Below are positions 1 to 9,770 of a DNA stretch of 60,841 bases, one piece after another (position 1 is the stretch's first letter; each line of letters begins with the position of its first letter). A model generated the notes under the pieces. That model did not search any database. It worked only from the letters and a program-made list of their open reading frames with translations, and had not been told where the DNA came from. This DNA is from Dehalococcoidales bacterium. GTDB taxonomy: Bacteria > Chloroflexota > Dehalococcoidia > Dehalococcoidales > RBG-16-60-22. The position numbers and the translations under genes were made by a program. The stretch is taken from positions 1 through 60,841 of the forward strand of contig JAQTMM010000002.1 in assembly GCA_028714335.1 (NCBI GenBank). Reading direction: 5' to 3'.

Positions 1-239
1 ACTGGTTGAAGTGGGTAATTATCAAACAGGATAGTGGCAAGATGAAGCTTACAACACAGCCGATACCAATAGATAAGTATAAAATCAAACCCACTGATTA
101 ACCACAAATAAGTCTCTACAACAAACGGAAAGATAGAAATCATCCGAGTATATTTTGGATATCACTAAAAGACACTATGTTACAATCGGTATAAGCTGTT
201 ATAATTAACCGAAATTAAGTTAGTTGCGACAGGTCTATT

Positions 240-743
240 GTGAAAAATAACAATCAAGATGAAATAGAAAAAATAAGAACGTCAAAGAAAAATGACCCCG
301 AGGTAAATCTTTACATATTACTCGACCAGACCGACGGGATTGTGACCAGTGCGGTTGAGCTTGAAATCAAACATCTCAAAATGACTCAACCGCAAATCAG
401 GGTCTTGACTATGCTTTCCAGGCAAGATAAACCAGCGACCCTTGAAGAACTGGCCAATTGGACATTGAAGGAATTTAACTCTGTATCAACTCTAATCAAC
501 CGCATGGAGAAGAAGGGGCTTGTCAAGAAAACCAAAATAAACGGGGACTTAAAAACATATATTTCGCTTACTGAAAAAGGTAGTGAACTATATCATAAAC
601 AGGTTACCGAACGTTCAATTCACTTGATATTCGACAAATTATCATCTCAAGAAAAGAAACAGCTTGACTCCATATTGAGAAAGGTTCGGGATACCACGCG
701 CGATCTCCTCGGGTTGGATTACCGGCCACCATTTTTACCTTAG
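240..743 (+). CDS. MarR family transcriptional regulator
   Basis: 167-aa ORF with a GTG start. It has a winged-helix MarR-like core (IRVLTMLSRQDKPATLEELANW...VSTLINRMEKKGLVKK). The gene is visibly AT-rich. Confidence 0.8.
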   Translation: MKNNNQDEIEKIRTSKKNDPEVNLYILLDQTDGIVTSAVELEIKHLKMTQPQIRVLTMLSRQDKPATLEELANWTLKEFNSVSTLINRMEKKGLVKKTKINGDLKTYISLTEKGSELYHKQVTERSIHLIFDKLSSQEKKQLDSILRKVRDTTRDLLGLDYRPPFLP

Positions 744-1231
744 GTGTTTGATAAATATTCTTCTCGAATATATATTCGCCTTAAAATGATCCTGTATTGT
801 TGGTTAGCTTTTGTTATAATACGTAATGTTACGATAAAGTATGGGAATTATTAAACAAATTAGCCCATAATTGGTAACTTAGTGTCTGTATATTCTCGTA
901 GCGCTCAACAATCAAGTAGATTGTTGTATGAATGTCACTTAAGTCCACATTGTTAATGTCCACGAGATATTGCACAATTATGAATTTTGACTGAAGTACA
1001 GTTCAAAGGTTCTGTCTATTGTACACTGCAGTCCACTATAATGCACAGAATATCGAACCGGTATTTTCTCTTCTGTTTTTAACATCGCTATTATAATTAA
1101 ATTCTTCGTCTAGCAACTTTCATTACAAGTAACAATTCATCTTAATGTTTCCTTTGTTCGCTAAAAAATAAATGGTTGACAAACCCTGTGCGAACTAAGT
1201 AAGCTTAACAGCAAAGGGAAAATATTCAAGT

Positions 1232-1711
1232 ATGACTTGGATAGACGTAGTCAAGTTGGTAGTAAGCATAGTCGCCTGTGAAGGCGCTGGTGGTATTGGT
1301 GCCATTTTCACAACACGCGCAATCCCGACCTGGTACAAGAGTCTTAAGAAACCATCCTTTACTCCTCCTAACCGGGTCTTCGGGCCTGTCTGGATAACCC
1401 TCTACCTTTTAATGGGTGTAGCTGTTTTCCTGGTCTGGCGAGAAGGATTTAGTCAAGCAGGGGTAACGGTAGCTTTTACCGTATTCTGGGTTCAACTAGT
1501 CCTGAACGTCCTTTGGTCGGTAATCTTCTTTGGGCTTAAGTCTCTTTTCGGTGGAATGATTGTAATTTTTATACTCTGGATAGCAATACTGGTCAATATC
1601 ATTTTGTTCTTTGGTGTGTCGTCTATAGCGGGCGGGCTTCTCATACCATATTTAGTCTGGGTTAGTATTGCGACTAATCTGAACATACAGTTATGGAGGC
1701 TAAACAGATAA
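1232..1711 (+). CDS. tspO: TspO/MBR family tryptophan-rich sensory protein
   Basis: 159 aa with five hydrophobic helices. It carries the characteristic FTPPNRVFGPVWITLYLLMG segment and many Trp residues. Confidence 0.85.
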   Translation: MTWIDVVKLVVSIVACEGAGGIGAIFTTRAIPTWYKSLKKPSFTPPNRVFGPVWITLYLLMGVAVFLVWREGFSQAGVTVAFTVFWVQLVLNVLWSVIFFGLKSLFGGMIVIFILWIAILVNIILFFGVSSIAGGLLIPYLVWVSIATNLNIQLWRLNR

Positions 1712-1749
1712 CTAATCCCACACATTGGTGGCAATACGGTGTTAACTAC

Positions 1750-1775
1750 GAGGCTGATTTTTCAGCCTCTTTTTG
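1750..1775 (+). terminator. Rho-independent terminator downstream of tspO
   Basis: Perfect 8-bp stem GAGGCTGA/TCAGCCTC (1750-1757 / 1762-1769) with a TTTT loop, followed by TTTTT. Confidence 0.6.
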
Positions 1776-1987
1776 TTCTCTGAGATAACAATCTGGACTT
1801 TTATGATAGTCACAATCTACTTTTTTATTGGATTGGGCCTATAATAACGAAGACTGTTGCTTTAATAGACCCGTCCCTGAACTAAGATTCCCATAATTAA
1901 GGTCGGATATCAAAAACTTTGTCTGTAGATAATGCTTACTAGTGGGTGTTCTCTATCTTTGCGGGCTTGACCCGCAACCTTTTTACG

Positions 1988-2614
1988 TTACACCAATTTC
2001 AATTTAATATCTTCTACGATTTTATCAAAAACCTTCTCTCGTTCCGTAGACGTATCATAAATCGTAAAGCCGTATTTCACTAAATGATCAGTCATAGATC
2101 GACTGGATGGAATGGCATCTTGACTAGCATACTCTCTTAGTTCATCATCATCAAAACCATATGTCCAATCGTCTTCCGTATCGTATTTCCTGAAATCGTT
2201 GAAATATTCATCAACCGTTTTCTTGTTTTGTACCAACCCTATAAGGGAAAACTTGTCTTTCAATTCTTCTATCCCATACATTTTCAGAATAGGTAATATC
2301 TTCTCAAAATTAAAATGCCCTCCTTCCAACACAAACCTATTTCCTTTTACAGCGTGCGCCCGCAGGTTTAGCTCGTATGCAACGCCGTGACTGGAAGAAA
2401 ACGCACCAAGAAAATGACCAAGGAACGGCGCTAAATTGTCTGTGGTCTTCCTTCTATTCCAAGCAAGCTTAATATTCAATTGTGGATATGCCCCTTGAAA
2501 CGTGGCGATAAGTTTATCGACACTGATGATAAAGTAATTTAGCTCTTCATTTATTTTTCTCGCTAATGTTGTTTTACCGGCTCTTCCCGGGCCTGCAATG
2601 ATTATGTTTTTCAT
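1988..2614 (-). CDS. P-loop NTPase (AAA/kinase-like), function unknown
   Basis: 208 aa with an N-terminal Walker A motif (IIIAGPGRAGKTTLARK). I recognise no other family signature. The gene is AT-rich and stands alone. Confidence 0.55.
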   Translation of the reverse strand: MKNIIIAGPGRAGKTTLARKINEELNYFIISVDKLIATFQGAYPQLNIKLAWNRRKTTDNLAPFLGHFLGAFSSSHGVAYELNLRAHAVKGNRFVLEGGHFNFEKILPILKMYGIEELKDKFSLIGLVQNKKTVDEYFNDFRKYDTEDDWTYGFDDDELREYASQDAIPSSRSMTDHLVKYGFTIYDTSTEREKVFDKIVEDIKLKLV

Positions 2615-3064
2615 GTTGCATCCAGTTTACTACAATGGTTTGAGTAATACTACCTTGCTAGGTATGAATGGGTAAAAAGGGGTAAAGTCAAGACAGGTCA
2701 ACTCATCACACAATCTGACGTTTTATGACCCAACAAAATGGACGTTTGATACTTTTAATAAATATTATTACTTTTTATAGAACGGTGAGAGGGGTAAGTC
2801 CAAACGGCATCTCACAATAAAATTTAAGTCCATTAAAGCAGAGGCATGCGTTGAGAAAGATAGCATTGCACATAAGTCAGAAATTTGCGTCAGCAGAATA
2901 TTATGTAGCATAATAGCGGAATAATGTCCATAATTAACAACCTTGCCAAATAACAATACGACTGTCTCAAATAAAAGAATGGCTAAAATTGCCTATAAAA
3001 TGAGCTAAAGGTTACGCGGGGATATTGTTTCGGGTGAAGGAAAAGAATAAAATCGGAATAACTG

Positions 3065-4507
3065 ATGATTTTTACTTCATGGTTTTTTATAATATTTTTA
3101 GTAGCAGTATTAGCCGCCTATTTTGCTCTCAGCCGATGGTGGCGGTGGCAAAATGTCCTGCTTCTTGTGGCTAGCTACGTCTTCTATGCCTTCTGGGACT
3201 GGCGTTTTCTAGGGTTACTCATTGGCATGACCCTGGTCAACTATCTTGCCGGCGGAGCGATTAGTAGAGCATCGCGGCTTGACGGAATTGCCGCTACCAA
3301 TAGGAAGCGTTTATGGTTGGGTTTGGCGATTGCCATTGATTTACTGGTACTGGCGACTTTTAAGTACTTCAACTTCTTTGACACCAGCTTCGTAAATTTC
3401 TTTGCTCTCTTCGGCATCCACTTTGATATCGTTAGCTTGAATATCATCCTACCGCTCGGTATCTCCTTTTTTACCTTTATGGCTATCACTTATCCTTTTG
3501 ATATCTATCGCGGAAAGTTAACTCACACCAAGCACTTACACGATTTCGCCCTCTTTGTTGCCTTCTTCCCCACCATCGTCTCTGGTCCGGTCGAGCGGGC
3601 TTCTCATATGTTGCCACAGTTCCAGTCGCCCCGTCAGGTGACCAGCGAGAAAGTTGATGAAGCCCTGTGGCTCATTATTTGGGGCTTCTTCCAAAAACTC
3701 GTTATCGCTGATAATATCGGGCTGATTGTCAATCAAGTTTTTAACAACTATACCCAGTATCAAGGCCTTGACATCATCATTGCTCTTTTAGCTTTTGCCG
3801 TACAAATTCTAGCTGATTTTAGTGGTTATACAGATATCGCTCGAGGCATCGCACGTCTCTTGGGCTTCGACCTCCTGCTCAACTTTAATGTACCCTATTT
3901 TTCCATAAATCCCTCTGATTTCTGGTCGCGATGGCATATGTCGCTTTCTCAATGGTTCCGCGATTACCTTTATATACCACTGGGAGGTAACCGTAAGGGG
4001 AAATGGCGTACCAGCATTAACTTATTTATCACCATGGTCATGGTCGGTTTGTGGCACGGGGCTGCCTGGACTTTCGCTATCTGGGGAGCCTGGAACGGAT
4101 TCCTTCTGGCGTTTTATAGGCTATTCGGAAAAGCCGGTCAAAGTACCGACCGCACTATTCGCGGTGTATGGTCTTTTCTCAGCGTTTTCTTCCGGACGGG
4201 TTTAATGGTAGTGCTGGTAGTCGCCGGCTGGGCAGCATTCCGGGCTACATCCTTCGACCAATTGGCTTATCTGTTCACTAAAATGGGTTTTTCTACATCA
4301 AGTACTACCCTGGACTCGCTTTGGCACCTTTTCGCTTTTGCGCTCCCGCTAATAGTCGTACAAATTTTGCAGCTGCGCCCCGGTTTTACGTCATTTTTAA
4401 CAAAGCTCAACCCTGTTGTAAGAGGCCTGGTCTATGGTATCCTAATTGTCGGTATAATCATCTTCGGCCAGCATGAATTTAGTCGCTTTATCTATCAGGG
4501 GTTTTAG
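3065..4507 (+). CDS. MBOAT family O-acyltransferase (AlgI/DltB/PatA-like)
   Basis: 480 aa and polytopic. It has the conserved MBOAT His region (FWSRWHMSLSQWFRDYLYIPLGGNRKG) and a later WHG motif. Confidence 0.9.
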   Translation: MIFTSWFFIIFLVAVLAAYFALSRWWRWQNVLLLVASYVFYAFWDWRFLGLLIGMTLVNYLAGGAISRASRLDGIAATNRKRLWLGLAIAIDLLVLATFKYFNFFDTSFVNFFALFGIHFDIVSLNIILPLGISFFTFMAITYPFDIYRGKLTHTKHLHDFALFVAFFPTIVSGPVERASHMLPQFQSPRQVTSEKVDEALWLIIWGFFQKLVIADNIGLIVNQVFNNYTQYQGLDIIIALLAFAVQILADFSGYTDIARGIARLLGFDLLLNFNVPYFSINPSDFWSRWHMSLSQWFRDYLYIPLGGNRKGKWRTSINLFITMVMVGLWHGAAWTFAIWGAWNGFLLAFYRLFGKAGQSTDRTIRGVWSFLSVFFRTGLMVVLVVAGWAAFRATSFDQLAYLFTKMGFSTSSTTLDSLWHLFAFALPLIVVQILQLRPGFTSFLTKLNPVVRGLVYGILIVGIIIFGQHEFSRFIYQGF

Positions 4508-4510
4508 AAA

Positions 4511-6193
4511 ATGTCACAGGATACACATAACGAGTCCGAGAATATTTATAATACGCTCTTACTTTATTTGAAAGAAGGTATGTGGAAAAGTGCTATGACG
4601 GAAGCCAATAGCTTGGCGGCTCGTCATCCCAAAGATAAAGTATGTGTGGAATTGGCTCAGTGTCTGCGTGTAATAAAAAGAATTGCAGATCGTTTACCGA
4701 CCGGTACTAGATCTGGCGACATTGATAAATTAGAAAAAATTGAACACCTCCTGCCCGAATTATCGGGAATGGATTCATACCGATCCCTCAAAACACTGGT
4801 CAGTAAATCGATACAGAAACCAGTTCGGACCCTTTTTAAAAAATTAAAAATATGGCGAGTAGTCATCTCCTGCCTTGTCGCTATCGTCTTTATTCTTGTG
4901 TGCAATACCGCCGTATACGCCTACAATCAAGCGCAGCCTATGGTTACCAAGTCGGGAACAGATGGGCCTTATCGATCATGGGTTGCGCTTCAAAATCTGG
5001 ATAAACCTGTTGATGTATTATTACTGGGAGACTCAGCTTGCCGTTATAATTTGGCATGGGGCGCGATAGCTGACAGGTTGGGGGGAGAGGTCATTAATTT
5101 AGCGAACAATATATATTCGTCTTTTTTGTCAGACGCCTGGATGCTGGCAGCCTATATTGAAAAGTTCGGCGCCCCGAAAACCGTTATCGTTTCACGTACT
5201 TCATCTGGCTATTCCTCTCTCCACAAAGTTGAATTTGTCGTTGGTGTTCCCCTTCCCTGGGCATATTGGGACTATTACGGGTTGGCACCAAGCTGGAAAA
5301 GGGGAGAAATCAGCGAAGCCTTTATAACTAAATTCGGCGTATTGTATTCCTATGCCGACATTTTACAGGAACGTCTTCTGGAGCCTTGGACTTTATTTGA
5401 CCATGAAGTCGCTCCCAGAGTCACTTCTCATACCTACTACGAAGGAGACCCGTCCGAACAACAGGATATGGATGTTAGTACACGCACACCGAGTTACTAC
5501 TTCCATGATTTCGACACTTGTGATGATACTGAGGCCTCTTTGCAATACATGTCTGATTTAGCTAGACAATACCATTTTCAACTCTATTTTGTCCTGCAGC
5601 CCGATTGGGATGAAGCTGTCCAGGCAGGCTTACGTGATGAAATTATAACGGAACAGAAAGAGTTTCTGTCACAGTATACCGACCCCACCTATGTCCACGT
5701 CGTAGAGCAGCTGCCAAAGACCTTATTCCGGCAGGACCAATTGAAAAATCCCAACCACCTGCGTCCAGCCGCATCAGCAATTTATACCGAAGAAGTTGTA
5801 AACGCCATTGCCAATATTCAAAATCAACAAACAGCCGGGCAGGCGCAGCCCTTGGAGTTGACTTCTATATCTCTTGATAAAGGATCTTACTCACTGGCAG
5901 AGAAACCGGTTATTAAACTAAAAATTGTGAATAATGGTGCCAGCGCCGTTACCGGGAGTGTGTCTTGCCTGATTAAGCCCGTAGGCGTTGAGGATGCTTA
6001 TTGGGTAGCTCGTGGGCCGGCCATAGCAATGAACATTGCGGCTAACGGTGAGGTTGAGATTACTCTAGAAGCCTCTGCAGGTGAATTGACTGAATCCGGC
6101 ACTTATGAGTTGGTGGTATTTATTCGCCAGGACATCGGTGGGCTTTTTTATGAAACTCGGATTGTCATGTCGAGTAAAATCATCGTACATTAA
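4511..6193 (+). CDS. Membrane-anchored extracytoplasmic protein with SGNH/AlgJ/DltD-like block and a C-terminal beta-sandwich (CARDB-like) domain; putative partner of the MBOAT
   Basis: The gene starts 4 nt after the MBOAT stop codon. The protein has a helical N-terminal region of about 110 aa and a single TM helix (IWRVVISCLVAIVFILVCNTAVYAY). It then shows VLLLGDSACRYNL (a GDS block I-like motif) and a later NPNHL. The C-terminal approximately 100 aa look like a CARDB-type repeat (PVIKLKIVNNGASAVTGSVS...GTYELVVFI). Confidence 0.5.
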   Translation: MSQDTHNESENIYNTLLLYLKEGMWKSAMTEANSLAARHPKDKVCVELAQCLRVIKRIADRLPTGTRSGDIDKLEKIEHLLPELSGMDSYRSLKTLVSKSIQKPVRTLFKKLKIWRVVISCLVAIVFILVCNTAVYAYNQAQPMVTKSGTDGPYRSWVALQNLDKPVDVLLLGDSACRYNLAWGAIADRLGGEVINLANNIYSSFLSDAWMLAAYIEKFGAPKTVIVSRTSSGYSSLHKVEFVVGVPLPWAYWDYYGLAPSWKRGEISEAFITKFGVLYSYADILQERLLEPWTLFDHEVAPRVTSHTYYEGDPSEQQDMDVSTRTPSYYFHDFDTCDDTEASLQYMSDLARQYHFQLYFVLQPDWDEAVQAGLRDEIITEQKEFLSQYTDPTYVHVVEQLPKTLFRQDQLKNPNHLRPAASAIYTEEVVNAIANIQNQQTAGQAQPLELTSISLDKGSYSLAEKPVIKLKIVNNGASAVTGSVSCLIKPVGVEDAYWVARGPAIAMNIAANGEVEITLEASAGELTESGTYELVVFIRQDIGGLFYETRIVMSSKIIVH

Positions 6194-6305
6194 CTGGAGA
6201 ATTTTTAACTCAACTGCTTTTTTTTGGACTTCATCCAGCCACAACCCTTTTTACTATCGTTTAGTCGAAGGTGATATTCTTTACATACATTGTACGCATT
6301 AACTT

Positions 6306-7112
6306 TTAGAGATATCCAAACGGCTCTTCAGCGTCGATGAAGTGAACCGGAATTCCTCCCAACAGCGGTTGGAGACGTTTGGGCAGTTCTTTCATGCCGG
6401 GCTCCTCGCTGCGCTCATGGCCTACCACAATCATGGCTTTATTGAAGCCTAAAGCCGCCGCATCACGGACGTAAGCGCTTAAAGTCCATTCGGTAATCTC
6501 ACCGCAAACCATGACGTCCAGCTGCTGTTCCTTCATAAGTTCGGCAGGCATCTCTTCGCGGCCAAGCCCTAGACTCCCACCGCCAACCAGTATGCCAACG
6601 CGGCTGCACTTCATCTTCGGGTCGCCAATGATTTGGATGACTTTCATACCAAGAGTCTTCTTAAAAAACTTTACCAGGTTAGAAACAGTCGTCGGGGGTA
6701 TTACGTAACAATGCGGGTGCGGGAGACCTTTCACCAAATAGTCCTGCCATCTCAGCACATCCAGCAATCCATCGTAAATCAAGTCGCCGTTGCCCATGTG
6801 CATATGGTCGTGGTATCGCCAGATGGATATCTTGCTGTCTTCAATCAAAGCCTTTTTACTATAGTATATCGGGTCGTCTTTCAACCAATCGGTCTTATCA
6901 AGGCCGGAGAAATAAAGCGGCTCGTGGGTGATGACAAAGTCGCAGCCCATTTCTTTTGCCTTGCGGATAACATCAACGGTTGCCATGAACGTGGTAGCGA
7001 TGCTCGTTACCTGCTGGCCCCAGCTGCCCGCGAGAAGCTGGTCGCAGGTTGGGTTAACTCTCTTATTGCCATTCAGCGTCAGGACTATTTCTGTCACTTC
7101 TTTTACGTTCAT
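6306..7112 (-). CDS. Nif3-like dinuclear metal centre protein
   Basis: 268 aa with VITHEPLYF and WRYHDHMH metal-binding motifs and a C-terminal GHERSEEPGM motif, all typical of the NIF3 family. Confidence 0.8.
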   Translation of the reverse strand: MNVKEVTEIVLTLNGNKRVNPTCDQLLAGSWGQQVTSIATTFMATVDVIRKAKEMGCDFVITHEPLYFSGLDKTDWLKDDPIYYSKKALIEDSKISIWRYHDHMHMGNGDLIYDGLLDVLRWQDYLVKGLPHPHCYVIPPTTVSNLVKFFKKTLGMKVIQIIGDPKMKCSRVGILVGGGSLGLGREEMPAELMKEQQLDVMVCGEITEWTLSAYVRDAAALGFNKAMIVVGHERSEEPGMKELPKRLQPLLGGIPVHFIDAEEPFGYL

Positions 7113-7132
7113 TCTCCTATTCCTCCAAAGCT

Positions 7133-8104
7133 TTAATCATTACGCATGCATTTAGCCAATACAATAGCGCCGAGGACGCCCGATAAGGCGACGTCCGACT
7201 TTTTGTTAACGAGAGCGGGCCGGACAATATAGCGGCGGAACTTTACCGGAGAATCCAGGGCAGAGATATATCCGCCGAGCAGTTTTTCAACTTTTCCCTG
7301 CACCTTTTCCAGCAAACCGGGGTGGCCCATAATTCCGCCGCCTAATATAATGCGCTGGGGGGATAATGTGCATATCAGATTGTACACTCCCAGAGCGATA
7401 TAGTTGGCTTCAAGTTCCCAGGCGCGGTGGTAGTCTTTATCGTTTTTAAGGATTTTTTCCGGCGGTTTGCCCCAACGTAACTGCATGGCTTTACCGGATG
7501 CTAAACCCTCCCAACAACCATAGCCTGCTACGCATTTGTGAAACCGGCACGAACCTTTAAAATCCTGAATATCGTCTTTATCGAGCGGTATTCTGATATG
7601 TCCCATTTCCGGGTGAACAAGACCGTGCATCAAGCCACCGTTGATTACGCCACCGCCACCGATGCCCGTCCCCAGTGTAATGTAAATAAACGTATCCAGC
7701 CCTTTAGCAACTCCCCATTCCTGTTCGCCTAAAGCAGCACCATTAACGTCGGTGTCTATAGCCACAGGAATACCAAGAGCGTCACTTAACTTTCCTGCAA
7801 GATTAACATTACTCCAACCGGGTTTGGGTGTTTTAGTAATGTAGCCGTGTTTAGGTGATTTTTTATTAAGGTCGAGGGGACCAAAGGAAGCAATGCCAAG
7901 TGAGGCTATGCGTTTTTTTGCGTCTATATTGGTATAGGACTTAAAGAATTTAATAACTTCTTCAATGGTCTTTTGGGGTGTGGTAGTCTCGATACGTTTA
8001 ATAATCAAGTCTTGGGGGTTAGTGCCAACAGCGCAAATGAACTTTGTGCCGCCAGCCTCGATGCCACTATAAATTTCATTTGGGGATTTCTGTAAACGAA
8101 CCAT
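7133..8104 (-). CDS. ROK family sugar kinase (fructokinase/mannokinase-like)
   Basis: 323 aa with an N-terminal GIEAGGTKFICAV ATP-binding motif. It has the ROK Zn/His region EMGHIRIP...CRFHKC..GCWEGLASG. Confidence 0.8.
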   Translation of the reverse strand: MVRLQKSPNEIYSGIEAGGTKFICAVGTNPQDLIIKRIETTTPQKTIEEVIKFFKSYTNIDAKKRIASLGIASFGPLDLNKKSPKHGYITKTPKPGWSNVNLAGKLSDALGIPVAIDTDVNGAALGEQEWGVAKGLDTFIYITLGTGIGGGGVINGGLMHGLVHPEMGHIRIPLDKDDIQDFKGSCRFHKCVAGYGCWEGLASGKAMQLRWGKPPEKILKNDKDYHRAWELEANYIALGVYNLICTLSPQRIILGGGIMGHPGLLEKVQGKVEKLLGGYISALDSPVKFRRYIVRPALVNKKSDVALSGVLGAIVLAKCMRND

Positions 8105-8177
8105 TTACTGAATTGTAGCTAATATCGTACTTCTTGACAACATACAAAGCCCACCGCTAATATTTCTATAAGTAATC

Positions 8178-9761
8178 ATGAATATTAAAGCTGGTTATCC
8201 CAAATGGCTGGACCGGGCGGTTTTTTACCAGATTTATCCTCAAAGCTTTTACGATACCAACAACGACGGCATCGGAGATATACCGGGGATAAATGAAAAA
8301 CTGGATTATCTGCAGTGGCTGGGCATCAACGCAATATGGATTAATCCATGTTTCGTGTCGCCTTTTCAGGACGCCGGTTACGATGTTGCAGACTACTATA
8401 AAGTCGCGCCGCGCTACGGCACTAACCAAGACTTGTATAAACTCTGCCGGGCGGCGCACCGGCGGGATATTAAAATCTGCCTGGATTTGGTGGCGGGGCA
8501 TACTTCTATCGAACACCCCTGGTTTAAAGCCTCCTGCAACCCTAAACAAAATAAATATTCCGACCGCTATATCTGGACAATTCCTAGTAAGCCTATTACC
8601 GACTTTCCGTTAACCCTTGTCAAGGAGCATGCCCCGGGAAAAGGCGATTATATCGCCAATTTTTTCAACTTCCAACCGGCTTTAAATTACGGATTCGCCA
8701 AACCGGATAAAGACCAGCCCTGGCAGCAGCCGGTCAACGCGCCGGGGCCGCTGGAGGCGCGTAAAGAATTAATCAAGATAATGAAATACTGGCTTAGCCA
8801 CGGCGTTGACGGTTTCCGCGTAGACATGGCCTTTTCACTGGTGAAACTTGACCCGGGACATAAAGAGACAATTAAGCTCTGGCAGGACATCGCCCAGAAA
8901 GTGCGTGCGGAATATCCCGAGGTGGTTTTAATCGCCGAGTGGGGCAACCCGGAAGAATCCATCGCCGCCGGCTTTGATATCGACTTCATGATGCACATCG
9001 GGGTGGAGGGCTACGGCGCATTAATGCTCAACGAAAACTGTTTCTTCCGCCGTAACGGCGGCGGTAATATTGAGGAATTTCTTAAAGTCTACTTTACGCA
9101 AACCAAGAAAACAAAAGGCAGGGGTTTGATATCTATTCCCAGTGCCAACCATGATTTCAAGAGGCCGTATGCCGACGACAGGACAGCCAACGATCTAAAA
9201 GTTATATTTACATTTTTACTGACCTGGCCGAGTATGCCCTTTATCTATTATGGAGACGAAATAGGCATGCGCTATATCCCTAAAATGGAATCTAAAGAGG
9301 GAGGCTTCGGACGCACCGGCACCCGTACGCCGATGCAATGGGACAACACGAGAAATGCGGGTTTTTCTAAAGCCGAAAAAACCCAATTGTACCTGCCATT
9401 AGACCCGCGGAAAAACCGTCCGACGGTAGAAAAGCAGGAAAATGAATCGGGGTCGCTGTTAAACCACGTCCGCAAACTTATCGTTTTAAGAAAAAACTCC
9501 CCTGCCCTGCAAGCCTCAGCAAAACTCACACCTTTGCCGGTTAAAGCCAGCGACAGACACTTTGCTTATTTACGCGAGTCCGACAGCGAGAGATATCTCA
9601 TCGTGCTGAATCCATCAGCCCAACCAGTTGAGGCAAGGCTAAACGTAACAAAGCCTGGTAACCTGACACCCCAAATTTGCCGCGGCGTTAAGGCTAACGT
9701 TGCAGGCGATGTTATTCAGCTTAATATGGGCGGAATTTCTTACGGTGTCTTTAAACTGTAA
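8178..9761 (+). CDS. GH13 alpha-amylase family glycosidase (alpha-glucosidase/oligo-1,6-glucosidase-like)
   Basis: 527 aa with the N-terminal segment AVFYQIYPQSFYDTNNDGIGDIPGI..LDYLQWLGINAIWINPCF. The catalytic regions are present: VDGFRVDMA, LIAEWG and SANHD. Confidence 0.85.
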   Translation: MNIKAGYPKWLDRAVFYQIYPQSFYDTNNDGIGDIPGINEKLDYLQWLGINAIWINPCFVSPFQDAGYDVADYYKVAPRYGTNQDLYKLCRAAHRRDIKICLDLVAGHTSIEHPWFKASCNPKQNKYSDRYIWTIPSKPITDFPLTLVKEHAPGKGDYIANFFNFQPALNYGFAKPDKDQPWQQPVNAPGPLEARKELIKIMKYWLSHGVDGFRVDMAFSLVKLDPGHKETIKLWQDIAQKVRAEYPEVVLIAEWGNPEESIAAGFDIDFMMHIGVEGYGALMLNENCFFRRNGGGNIEEFLKVYFTQTKKTKGRGLISIPSANHDFKRPYADDRTANDLKVIFTFLLTWPSMPFIYYGDEIGMRYIPKMESKEGGFGRTGTRTPMQWDNTRNAGFSKAEKTQLYLPLDPRKNRPTVEKQENESGSLLNHVRKLIVLRKNSPALQASAKLTPLPVKASDRHFAYLRESDSERYLIVLNPSAQPVEARLNVTKPGNLTPQICRGVKANVAGDVIQLNMGGISYGVFKL

Positions 9762-9770
9762 GGCAACCGC

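Noticed and set aside
2768-2956. 62-aa minus-strand ORF in the AT-rich spacer upstream of the MBOAT gene
   Set aside because: It has no ribosome-binding site and no recognisable motif. Its length is close to chance expectation in AT-rich DNA.
6633-7136. 167-aa plus-strand ORF, plus further overlapping ORFs at 6511-6708 and 6928-7155
   Set aside because: They are antisense to the Nif3-like gene, which has clear family motifs. These are shadow ORFs.
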